DNA of 64,000 nt from the NCBI GenBank assembly GCA_051746185.1, contig JBNJEV010000009.1:2240-66239 (forward strand). Direction: 5' to 3'. The notes under the pieces are model-generated. The model had not been told where the DNA came from, ran no database searches, and saw only the letters and a program-made list of their open reading frames with translations. The stretch comes from Bacteroidota bacterium. GTDB taxonomy: Bacteria; Bacteroidota; Bacteroidia; Bacteroidales; GCA-2748055. Positions within the stretch are counted from its first letter, which is position 1, and every line of letters begins with the position of its first letter. Positions 10,297 to 18,904 of this stretch are shown one piece after another. A program made the position numbers and the translations under genes.

Positions 10297-10922
10297 GGGA
10301 TCTGCATGTATTTGTGTGCCTGCAGGGAGATCGTCCAGCGGGGATGCTCCTTTACGTAGGCAATGATCCGGGGGAGCACCTCTTCCCTCCTGCTCCATTC
10401 CGGCTGAAGGAAAAGTTTGCACCCGTCCCTTACTTTTTCTGCATTTTCCTCGGCCCAACCGAAATCCTCCTGTTCAGAAATGATCACTTTCAGTTCGTGG
10501 GCATGTTCGTGGAATTCCGGCAGCGGAGGGGCATTCCTCTTGGGAGAAAAACAGATCCAGTCCCAGCTCCCGGTGAGGGGATAGACCCCGCTGGTCTCCA
10601 GATAGGTCTCCAGCCCTTTCTGCCTGAGCAGTCCCGTCAGGTAATCCAGGTCTGCCATCAGCGGTTCGCCCCCGGTCACCACCACCGAACGCGCAGGAAA
10701 TGAAGCCGCATGCCCGGCGATCTGCTCCGCGGGCACCAGGGGATGAATGGAAGGGTCCCATGAGAATTTGGTGTCGCACCAGCTGCAGCCGATATCACAT
10801 CCCCCTATGCGGATGAAATAGGCGGGCTTTCCCGTATGGGTTCCCTCACCCTGTATGGAGTAGAATTCCTCCACAAGCGGAAGCTTCCTGCCCCCTTCAT
10901 ATGGTTCTGAAGATCCCTGCAT
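10293..10922 (-). CDS. queE: 7-carboxy-7-deazaguanine synthase (radical SAM)
   Basis: EEFYSIQGEG, CDIGCSWCDT (CxxxCxxC), TGGEP, SLQAHKY. Confidence 0.93.
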   Translation of the reverse strand: MQGSSEPYEGGRKLPLVEEFYSIQGEGTHTGKPAYFIRIGGCDIGCSWCDTKFSWDPSIHPLVPAEQIAGHAASFPARSVVVTGGEPLMADLDYLTGLLRQKGLETYLETSGVYPLTGSWDWICFSPKRNAPPLPEFHEHAHELKVIISEQEDFGWAEENAEKVRDGCKLFLQPEWSRREEVLPRIIAYVKEHPRWTISLQAHKYMQIP

Positions 10923-10923
10923 C

Positions 10924-11163
10924 TTATTTCTTCCTCACCCATAAACGGGATATCAAAAAATAAAGTAGCCTGAGCAAAACAACAACCCCGTAGAATATGA
11001 CAGTGATCAGCAGCACCAGGTGCAACTGGGTAATCAGTTCAGTGGCCGGTGCACCATGCCGGACGATCCCGATGATATTCAATATATACGCGGCAGCGAA
11101 ACAGATCAGCAGGATCATCAGCTCCCGTTTCTTCCTTGATGTGGTGATGACGGTATCTTTCAT
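10924..11163 (-). CDS. Small two-TM membrane protein, hypothetical
   Basis: 79 aa with two hydrophobic helices; 1 nt from the queE start, so probably co-transcribed. Confidence 0.75.
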   Translation of the reverse strand: MKDTVITTSRKKRELMILLICFAAAYILNIIGIVRHGAPATELITQLHLVLLITVIFYGVVVLLRLLYFLISRLWVRKK

Positions 11164-11208
11164 GTATACACTGGTTTTCTATCTGTTGAAGCTCGCAAGC
11201 TCGGTTGT

Positions 11209-11280
11209 CTTCGCAAAAGATGCCAGGTTACTTCAAAAGCATCCCGCGGTGAAATGAAAAAAGGCTCCTGAGATTCAATC
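11209..11280. repeat. Partial copy of the palindromic element at 25151-25290
   Basis: 30 bp AAAGATGCCAGGTTACTTCAAAAGCATCCC at 11216-11245 is identical to 25223-25252; the downstream flank resembles the reverse complement of the left arm of the 25 kb copy. Confidence 0.8.
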
Positions 11281-11315
11281 ATCATCGTAATCTTTACTTG
11301 ATTGAGTGACACACC

Positions 11316-12560
11316 TCAGAGGGTGAGGCCTTCGGGCCAGGATTCAATGCGGTTGTTCATCATGGCCTCAAATCCCATCAATGTGGCTATGCTCGCGTAG
11401 AAGCCCTGATGGGTGATAAACGGATCCACGCGGTTGTGTCTCACATCGGAAACGAATGATTCCATCTCTATGTCCGTGCCGTCTGAATGGATGATCCTGT
11501 CCAGCAGGTAGGTACCCTTGTCTTCGGAAGGATCCTCCGGCACCCATGTCGGTCCCCCGACAGGGACCACGTCAAAGATCTCCTTTTCGATGTTGTTGAT
11601 CAGCTGTACGATCCCGGGTGCAGGTTCAGGGAATTCCTTGAAGATATAACCGGTTTCCATCTCCAGGGTTCCCAGCGGTCCCATGACCTCGATCTGCATT
11701 CCGTACTTCTTGTTGCTGATCATGGAGTCATAGACCACGTGCGTGCCCGAAGGGTAATGATAGACCACGTTCACATTGTCATATACTTCCCTGCCGTCTT
11801 TCCAGTAATTAATGCTTCCTGATCCCCAGGCATAATCGGGTGTATCCTTCAAAATCCAGTTGGCCACCTGGAGATGGTGACTGGCCAGCTCGGTCATCAG
11901 TCCGCAGCTGTATTCATGATAGAGCCTCCAGTTGATCCTCCGTTCCAGTTCGGGAGAGGGCACCGGTCTTCGCCAGTCGTTGTTCCTGTGCCAGTAGGCC
12001 CTGATCTGTGTGATATCTCCCAGGGCCCCTTCTTCGATCTTTCTGATCCCTGCCAGGGTGCGGGTACTGAAAAGCCGTTGGTGCCCTATGTACAGTATCT
12101 TGTTGTTCCGCTGCTGCGCACGGACCATCCGGTCACAATCTTCATAGGTTCTGGCCATGGCCTTCTCACAGAATACATGCACCCCTGCATCCAGGGCATC
12201 TGTGGTCATTCTGGCATGCCTGTCCAGCGGGGTGGCGATCACCACCCCATTCAACTCCTCCTGTTCCAGCATCCTTCTGTAATCCCGGTAGCCCCTGGCT
12301 TCCTTGCCGATCATCTGTTGCGCCCGGTTAAAATGGGGTTCATAATCGTCACAGAAGCAGGAGATCTCCACGCCGGGGATTTCCAGAAGATAGGTCAGCA
12401 GCAGCGATCCCCGGGAACCCACACCGATGATCCCCAGTTTTACCGGATCTGCCGGATCCTGTGCATGAAGCTCGCCCAGCCAGGGCATCCTGGAAGAGAA
12501 CAGTCCCGCCGCTGCCATGGCCGAAAAAGCCCTGATAAAGTCCCTTCTGTTGGTTTCCAT
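11316..12560 (-). CDS. Tat-exported Gfo/Idh/MocA oxidoreductase
   Basis: NRRDFI twin-arginine signal, GIIGVGSRG, HVFCEKAM, WRLY...GLMTELASH. Confidence 0.88.
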   Translation of the reverse strand: METNRRDFIRAFSAMAAAGLFSSRMPWLGELHAQDPADPVKLGIIGVGSRGSLLLTYLLEIPGVEISCFCDDYEPHFNRAQQMIGKEARGYRDYRRMLEQEELNGVVIATPLDRHARMTTDALDAGVHVFCEKAMARTYEDCDRMVRAQQRNNKILYIGHQRLFSTRTLAGIRKIEEGALGDITQIRAYWHRNNDWRRPVPSPELERRINWRLYHEYSCGLMTELASHHLQVANWILKDTPDYAWGSGSINYWKDGREVYDNVNVVYHYPSGTHVVYDSMISNKKYGMQIEVMGPLGTLEMETGYIFKEFPEPAPGIVQLINNIEKEIFDVVPVGGPTWVPEDPSEDKGTYLLDRIIHSDGTDIEMESFVSDVRHNRVDPFITHQGFYASIATLMGFEAMMNNRIESWPEGLTL

Positions 12561-12570
12561 ACGATATTGC

Positions 12571-13434
12571 TTACAATGATGAAGAAAAATAACATTCGAT
12601 TTTCAGATCGGGATGGCGGCCGGCAATATCTGAAGCGCGCTTTTTGCCGGCACTGAACAGCGCCGTGGAAAATACTTCCGCCCTGACCGGATCTTCGGCC
12701 TGTACACTGACCAGCCCCGTTCCTTTTCTGATACGAAGTGTTTCCGGATTCACAATATGTCCCGAATTTGCGAATTTTTTTTGGTTGTTCAAAGAATTTC
12801 CGCTGGTGGACAATGCTTCATCCTTTAGATAAAAGACAGGGGCTCTTCCTTTATCTTCAAGGGGGACGGAGACTTTCCACCGGTCCCCGTAAGGATGTGG
12901 CCCTTTTCCATATACCAGGCTTCCCCCGAAACTGATCAGGGCACTTTCCACTTCTTCCGACTGAAGGATGTTCAGGACCTTCCTGACGGCATACCCTTTT
13001 CCGTATCCACCCAGATCGATCTGCATGCCTTTTTTCAGGAACCGAATCCGGTTGTCTTCCAGATGAATACGGTCCATCCCTGCTGTTTCGGCGATGCGGC
13101 CGGGAAGAAATCCGGCACTCCCATGCTCCAGGTAATAATCCAGTACCGGTTTCATGGTGATATCAAAAAAGCCACCGGTCTCCTCATAAAGAGTGAACAC
13201 CTCTTTAAAGACAAGCAACATCTCATCATCCAGCTGAACAGGTTCCTGATAACCTGCACGGTTGATCACCGAAATATCCGAATCGGGCCGGTAGACTGAG
13301 AGCCGCTGTTCGATCCAATCTAGCTCCATGCGGATCTTTTTTGCCAGTAGATCGCACAGCGGAGGTTCGGTACCCGGCAACACAAGATCCATGTTCGTTC
13401 CCATGGAAGGCAGCTGACGGTGAAAAGTTTGCAT
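12571..13434 (-). CDS. apbE: FAD:protein FMN transferase
   Basis: MGT, LSVYRPDSDIS, FDIT, IDLGGYGKGYAV, STSG, HIVNP motifs; no evident signal peptide. Confidence 0.85.
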   Translation of the reverse strand: MQTFHRQLPSMGTNMDLVLPGTEPPLCDLLAKKIRMELDWIEQRLSVYRPDSDISVINRAGYQEPVQLDDEMLLVFKEVFTLYEETGGFFDITMKPVLDYYLEHGSAGFLPGRIAETAGMDRIHLEDNRIRFLKKGMQIDLGGYGKGYAVRKVLNILQSEEVESALISFGGSLVYGKGPHPYGDRWKVSVPLEDKGRAPVFYLKDEALSTSGNSLNNQKKFANSGHIVNPETLRIRKGTGLVSVQAEDPVRAEVFSTALFSAGKKRASDIAGRHPDLKIECYFSSSL

Positions 13435-13491
13435 ATTCGTATTTTAAGGATGCTCTGATTTTTTTTATATTGCCGGACAAACAAATCGTCC

Positions 13492-14532
13492 ATGCAGATG
13501 ATCAACGTTGCACTGTGCTCATATGGTATGTCGGGACAGATATTCCATGGGCCGCTTTTGGAAGCGCACCGCGGCTTCAAAATTATAAAGATCCTGGAAA
13601 GAACAAAGAACCTTTCCGGGGGAAAGCATCCCTCCTCGGTGATCGTGCGCCGGTTCTCATCCATTCTCACGGATCCCGATGTTGAACTGGTCATTGTGAA
13701 CCCCCCCGATCATCTTCATTATGAAATGGCGATGGAGGCCATCCGTGCAGGCAAGCATGTGGTGGTGGAAAAACCCTTTACCCTGAAATCATCCCACGCC
13801 GAAGAACTGACCAATCTGGCCGGAAAAAAGGGCGTGGTTCTGACCGTGTTCCAGAACAGAAGGTGGGATGGTGATTTTCTTACCGTCAGGGAGATCATTG
13901 AAAAGGCAAAACTGGGCAGGCTGGTGGCATTTGAATCCCATTTCGACCGCTACAGGAAAACCCTCCAGGATTCCTGGAAGGACAGCGGGACAGAGGGCAC
14001 CGGCACCCTGTACAACCTGGGGTCGCACCTGATCGATCAGGCGCTCCGGCTCTTTGGAATGCCCGAAAGGATCTTCTGCGACAGCAGGATGCTTCGTGAC
14101 GGGGCCATGACCGATGACAGCTTCGATCTTTTTCTCCATTATCCGGGGGTGAAATGCCTGCTTCGAAGCAGTTACCTGGTAAGGGAACCGGGTCCGAGAT
14201 TTATCCTTCATGGGACCGAAGGCAGTTACCTGAAATGGGGTATTGATCCCCAGGAGGAAGCGATGAAACTGGGAGCAGTGCCCGGTTCGGATAACTGGGG
14301 AGTGGAACCTGAATCGGCATGGGGCCGGATCAATACGGAATTCAGCGGCAGCCGTCTCGAGGGTTCCTACCGTACCATACCCGGCAACTACCTGGCCTTT
14401 TATGACAATCTGTATGACGTCATCAGAAAGAGAACTGAACCGGAGGTAACCCCGGCACAGGCGAAAGATGTGGTCAGGATCATTGAAGCGGCCTATGAAA
14501 GCAGCAGCCAGGGCAGGGTGATCCGTTTCTGA
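13492..14532 (+). CDS. Gfo/Idh/MocA oxidoreductase (YdgJ/IolW-like)
   Basis: YGMSGQIFH, HVVVEKPF, VFQNRRWDGDFLT, LGSHLIDQA. Confidence 0.9.
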   Translation: MQMINVALCSYGMSGQIFHGPLLEAHRGFKIIKILERTKNLSGGKHPSSVIVRRFSSILTDPDVELVIVNPPDHLHYEMAMEAIRAGKHVVVEKPFTLKSSHAEELTNLAGKKGVVLTVFQNRRWDGDFLTVREIIEKAKLGRLVAFESHFDRYRKTLQDSWKDSGTEGTGTLYNLGSHLIDQALRLFGMPERIFCDSRMLRDGAMTDDSFDLFLHYPGVKCLLRSSYLVREPGPRFILHGTEGSYLKWGIDPQEEAMKLGAVPGSDNWGVEPESAWGRINTEFSGSRLEGSYRTIPGNYLAFYDNLYDVIRKRTEPEVTPAQAKDVVRIIEAAYESSSQGRVIRF

Positions 14533-14542
14533 AAGGCTGTGC

Positions 14543-15307
14543 TCAACGCTGTTCAAACGGATCCGGTCGGTCGAAGAGTCTGAATCTTGCCAGGTGCAAC
14601 CGCTGAAGCACATATTGCAAGGAAACTTTCAGCACACCGATCCCATAGACCATGCTTCTGTGCATATTGATGGAGGAGGCTTCCTCAAAATACCGGGTGG
14701 GGCAGGTGATCTCGGCGATCTCATAGCCCTGGTAGATGATCTGCGCCAGCATCTGGTTATCGAACACAAAGTCGTCCGAATTCTCCTGAAGATTGATGGA
14801 AGTGAGCACCCTGCGGGAAAAGGCCCGGAATCCGGTATGGTATTCCGAAAGCTTCTGGTTCAACAACAGGTTCTGAAACAGGGTCAGGATGCGGTTCGCC
14901 AGGTACTTGTAAAGGGGCATCCCGCCCCTCAGTGCACTTTTCCCCAGGATCCGTGATCCGAGGACCACTTCATATACATCATTGGCGATCAGATGGCACA
15001 TGGAAGGGATCAGTTTGGGGGTGTACTGATAATCCGGATGCAGCATGACCACAATATCCGAATCCAGTTCAAGGGCTTTTCTGTAACAGCTCTTCTGGTT
15101 CCCCCCGTAGCCCAGGTTCTGCTCATGCCTGACAATGTGCCTGATCCCCAGTTCCTCGGCCACACGGAGGGTTTCATCGCTGCTCAGATCGTCCACCAGG
15201 ATCACATGGTCCACGATATCAAAAGGGATCTCCCGGTAGGTGGCCTGCAATGTTTTCGCCGCATTGTATGCAGGCAATACCACCGTGATGGTCTTTTCCT
15301 CAATCAT
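14543..15307 (-). CDS. Glycosyltransferase family 2 (polyprenol-phosphate sugar synthase-like)
   Basis: VVLPAYN, LVDDLSSD, NLGYG, HPDYQY, EYHTGFRAF. Confidence 0.88.
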   Translation of the reverse strand: MIEEKTITVVLPAYNAAKTLQATYREIPFDIVDHVILVDDLSSDETLRVAEELGIRHIVRHEQNLGYGGNQKSCYRKALELDSDIVVMLHPDYQYTPKLIPSMCHLIANDVYEVVLGSRILGKSALRGGMPLYKYLANRILTLFQNLLLNQKLSEYHTGFRAFSRRVLTSINLQENSDDFVFDNQMLAQIIYQGYEIAEITCPTRYFEEASSINMHRSMVYGIGVLKVSLQYVLQRLHLARFRLFDRPDPFEQR

Positions 15308-16964
15308 GACCGGGCACTCCCTTTTTCAGGGTGAATACATACCCGTTCTTCTGGTAAAGCACTTCAAGTTCGGGATATTTCTCCAGGATCTGTTGTTTTT
15401 TGTTCACCTTGATCACAAAATACGCATCCTTTTCCGTTTCATGGTCCAGCAGATATTCCGCATCATCCTTTCCGGGTTCTTCGGGAGGTTGTTTCCCGAA
15501 ATAGAACAGGTGTGCATAGCTTTTGTAGCCCAGTGTATTCACATAGACATCCCGGCCTTTCAGTTCTTTGAAGAAATGGATGGCGGCCCGCTGGGTATAT
15601 CCCTCGATCCGGCCCGTGAAGGTCAAAAGGGAAGCGGATACGAAAAGCAGCGACACCACATGGAGGAGGATCATGCCACCGGGATTCCGCCGGAGGATCT
15701 GAATGGCGGAAATAAGTACTCCGGCCAGCAGGAAAACCCCGATCAGCCACTCATATCCGCTCCAGTGCACATTGGCCTGCAGGGCATGGCGGGTGAAGGG
15801 ATCCAGGAATGCGAAATCTTTCCCGATCAGCCACCGGGGATGGGTGGCCACCAGCGGCAGTGCAATGGCCGCTCCTCCGAGGATGAGGGCGATCAGCCAC
15901 AAAAGGACCATCTGCCAGGATAAGATCTCCAGCTTCCGGTCCAGCCATTTTTCCCATACCCATGCAGCCAGGAAGGTCAGGGGAAAATAGGTGAGCGAGC
16001 TGTAATGAATGATCTTGGTCCTCACAATGGAAAAAAGGATGAGCACCACCCAGAACATGATGTACATCCATTGCCTGAAGATCTTCCTCAGATCGGTTTC
16101 CTCTGATTTCTTGGTGAAGCTTTTCAGGGCAATCACCGAAGCAGGAAAGACCCCCACCAGGATGACCACCGGATGGTATGCGAAAAATCCGCTGTGTCCC
16201 GCATCATAAGAGGAAAAAAGCCGGGCCTGGTAGGCAATGAAATCCCGGAGGATGTGAATGTTCCCGTTCAGTACCTGCAGCAGGAACCAGGTGCCTCCGG
16301 TCAAAGCCAGCACCCCGGTGAACAGGATCACGTGACCGGCAGTGGTGGATATTCTGAAACGCCTGGTGATCAGGAAAACCAGGAAACAGATCACGAAGAT
16401 CAGGATGGCCACGGGACCTTTGGTGAGAACCGCCAGTCCGAAGAAGAAAGCCGAAAGGATGATATTTTTGATCCGTTTGTCCCTGCGTTCCGGGTCCAGG
16501 TACAATACGAACCAGGCGATCCCCATAAAAATAAAAAGGTTGAACCATGGATCAATGATCCCCGACCTGAAATAGAAAAAGGGCAGGATCGCCGTGCCGT
16601 AGGAAACCACCCACAGGATCCCGAAACGATGTCCGTACAACCTGTTTCCCAAAAAGTAAAGCAGGGACAGGGAGGCGATCCCGCAGAGAAAATTGGGGAA
16701 CCTGGCGGCAAATTCATTGATCCCGAAAAGTTTCATGGAAAGCACCTGGAGCCAGAAGAACAGGGGTGGCTTCTCCCAGAAGGGCTCAAAATCGATCTGA
16801 ACGGTCACATAGTCGCCGGTAACGATCATCTCCCTGGCCGATTCTGCAAAATTAATCTCATCCCAGTCAAAAAGATGCACCGATCCCAGGAAAGGAAGCA
16901 GGAAAACCAGTGAGAAAACCAGGATTCCAAGGTATACCAGCGCTGCCTGCGTTGTTTTTTTCAT
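15300..16964 (-). CDS. ArnT/PMT-like membrane glycosyltransferase
   Basis: LFDWDEINFAESAREM, EKPPLFFW, EFAARFP, AVLTKGP; many TM helices. Confidence 0.85.
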   Translation of the reverse strand: MKKTTQAALVYLGILVFSLVFLLPFLGSVHLFDWDEINFAESAREMIVTGDYVTVQIDFEPFWEKPPLFFWLQVLSMKLFGINEFAARFPNFLCGIASLSLLYFLGNRLYGHRFGILWVVSYGTAILPFFYFRSGIIDPWFNLFIFMGIAWFVLYLDPERRDKRIKNIILSAFFFGLAVLTKGPVAILIFVICFLVFLITRRFRISTTAGHVILFTGVLALTGGTWFLLQVLNGNIHILRDFIAYQARLFSSYDAGHSGFFAYHPVVILVGVFPASVIALKSFTKKSEETDLRKIFRQWMYIMFWVVLILFSIVRTKIIHYSSLTYFPLTFLAAWVWEKWLDRKLEILSWQMVLLWLIALILGGAAIALPLVATHPRWLIGKDFAFLDPFTRHALQANVHWSGYEWLIGVFLLAGVLISAIQILRRNPGGMILLHVVSLLFVSASLLTFTGRIEGYTQRAAIHFFKELKGRDVYVNTLGYKSYAHLFYFGKQPPEEPGKDDAEYLLDHETEKDAYFVIKVNKKQQILEKYPELEVLYQKNGYVFTLKKGVPGHD

Positions 16965-17638
16965 CCGGACAAAAGATCTGGTAAGGATTTTCTGAGCCAG
17001 CTCCTGTCATACCTTCTGATCCACCACCAGCCCAGGAACCCGCCTGCTATCCCGATCATCGCGCCCCCAATCACATCCGTCAAAAAATGCTGGGACAGGT
17101 AGACCCGGGAGTATGCGACCCCTGCGGCCAGGACCAGGGCCAGCAGCTGTGCCCATTTTGCCTTCAAAATTAATGATAATCCGAAGAAAAGGGCAAATGC
17201 AGTGGCGGTATGACCCGAAGGAAAACTGTACCAGCTATGGAGGTCCACCCCGGGTACCAGATAGAGATCATAATCCCTTCCCTGCAGCTCAAAGTATTTC
17301 AGCGGACGGGGGGAATTACCGGAAAAAAGATGCTTGATCAGCTGGGTCGTGATCCCGGATATGGCATACCCGGCAAAAAGGATCAGTGTGGTCCGGATCC
17401 TGATAAGCAGGGTGATCAGGATGATGATCAAAGCTCCCAGTCCGTTCCCAAGGAAGGTCCAGGCCCGGAAAAGAAAATCCAGCAAGGGGGTGTGAAGTCT
17501 GTTGATGGCCAGGTGGACCGTCTCCCGGGGAACGGCCAGACTGACGATCGTAGCGGTCAGAAGCAGGATCACACACGGAATCAGGAACCAGCGGGCACGA
17601 AGCATATTGTTCACAAATCCTTTCACCATCACAGCCAT
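16961..17638 (-). CDS. PAP2-family membrane phosphatase
   Basis: K...RP, SFPSGH, SRVYLSQHF..DV motifs; exact start uncertain. Confidence 0.85.
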   Translation of the reverse strand: MAVMVKGFVNNMLRARWFLIPCVILLLTATIVSLAVPRETVHLAINRLHTPLLDFLFRAWTFLGNGLGALIIILITLLIRIRTTLILFAGYAISGITTQLIKHLFSGNSPRPLKYFELQGRDYDLYLVPGVDLHSWYSFPSGHTATAFALFFGLSLILKAKWAQLLALVLAAGVAYSRVYLSQHFLTDVIGGAMIGIAGGFLGWWWIRRYDRSWLRKSLPDLLSG

Positions 17639-17700
17639 GAGGCAAGATCGCTTAAAAATACGAAAATTGGCACACAGAAAAGTGATTGAATATTTTTTTC

Positions 17701-17708
17701 TACTTTTG
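17701..17708 (+). promoter_or_regulatory. -7 promoter box for galK (TACTTTTG)
   Basis: Matches TAnnTTTG about 25 nt upstream of the ATG. Confidence 0.55.
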
Positions 17709-17732
17709 GCTGCGAACCAATAACAGGAACGG

Positions 17733-18899
17733 ATGCACATAAAAGAGCTTAAAGAGACCATGAACAGCCTCTACGGTAGTTCAGATGAACCCCTCTCGGT
17801 CTATTTTTCACCCGGAAGGGTTAATTTGATCGGCGAACACACGGATTATAACGGAGGCTATGTCCTTCCCTGTGCACTTTCTTTCGGGACCTATCTTCTG
17901 GTCCGCAAAAACGGCAGCCGGGTGGTGCGATTTGCCACGACCAATTTTGATCACAGGGGGGAGGCAGATCTGGATGCACCGTTCCAGAAAGCAGGAAGAT
18001 CCTGGATCAATTATCCGGTAGGCGTACTGAATGAATTCAGGAAAATGGCTCATGAAATAGAAGGTGTCGACCTGCTTTATTCGGGCGACATTCCCAATGG
18101 AGCCGGACTCTCCTCCTCGGCCTCCATCGAGATGGTCACTGCATATGCGATGAATGATCTGTTCCGGTTCGGACTGGACCGGATGTCACTGGCCCTGCTC
18201 TCACAGCGGGCCGAGAACCTCTTCGTGGGGGTGAACTGCGGGATCATGGACCAGTTTGCCTCCGGGATGGGTATGAAGGATCATGCCCTGTTCCTCAATT
18301 GCGACACCCTGGAACACGAGAGGGTCCCTCTCCGGCTGGAGGGAATGAAGATCATGATCGCCAATACGAATAAAAGAAGGGGACTGGCCGACTCCAAATA
18401 CAATGAACGAAGGGCCCAGTGTGATGCTGCTGTGGAAGCCCTTCGCAAAGGGAAGCCTATCAGGAATCTGAGCGATCTGACCATGGAAGAGTTCGAGCAG
18501 TACGCTCATCTGATCACCGATGAGGTGGTGCGGAAAAGGGCCCGCCATGTGATCTCGGAGAACAGCCGCACCCTGGCTGCAGTTGATGCGTTGAACAAGG
18601 GGGAAATCCAACTGTTCGGCGAGCTGATGTACCAGTCCCACGAATCCCTGCGGGCGGACTACGAGGTCACCGGACCGGAGCTGGATGCCCTGGTGGATGA
18701 AGCGCGGAAGATCGACGGCACCATCGGCAGCAGAATGACAGGTGCCGGATTCGGAGGCTGCACGGTCAGCATCCTCCGGGAGGAAGCCGTGGAGACATTT
18801 ATACGCGAAGTCGGGGCCGCCTACAAGGTAAAAACAGAGGTGAACCCCGACTTCTACGTGGCTGAGATCGGTGACGGATCAAAGCGTGTCGAACCATGA
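17733..18899 (+). CDS. galK: Galactokinase
   Basis: PGRVNLIGEHTDYNGG, PNGAGLSSSA, CGIMDQF, GSRMTGAGFGG. Confidence 0.97.
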   Translation: MHIKELKETMNSLYGSSDEPLSVYFSPGRVNLIGEHTDYNGGYVLPCALSFGTYLLVRKNGSRVVRFATTNFDHRGEADLDAPFQKAGRSWINYPVGVLNEFRKMAHEIEGVDLLYSGDIPNGAGLSSSASIEMVTAYAMNDLFRFGLDRMSLALLSQRAENLFVGVNCGIMDQFASGMGMKDHALFLNCDTLEHERVPLRLEGMKIMIANTNKRRGLADSKYNERRAQCDAAVEALRKGKPIRNLSDLTMEEFEQYAHLITDEVVRKRARHVISENSRTLAAVDALNKGEIQLFGELMYQSHESLRADYEVTGPELDALVDEARKIDGTIGSRMTGAGFGGCTVSILREEAVETFIREVGAAYKVKTEVNPDFYVAEIGDGSKRVEP

Positions 18900-18904
18900 A
18901 TCGA

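Noticed and set aside
10297-10458. N-terminal extension of the OmpA ORF in the track
   Set aside because: Overlaps queE in another frame; the signal peptide begins only after about 10296.
10293-10922. Radical SAM enzyme as a possible peptide-modifying enzyme or 7-deazaguanine DNA-modification gene
   Set aside because: Typical short QueE without SPASM or RRE regions, 14 kb from the peptide locus, with no dpd-like genes in view.
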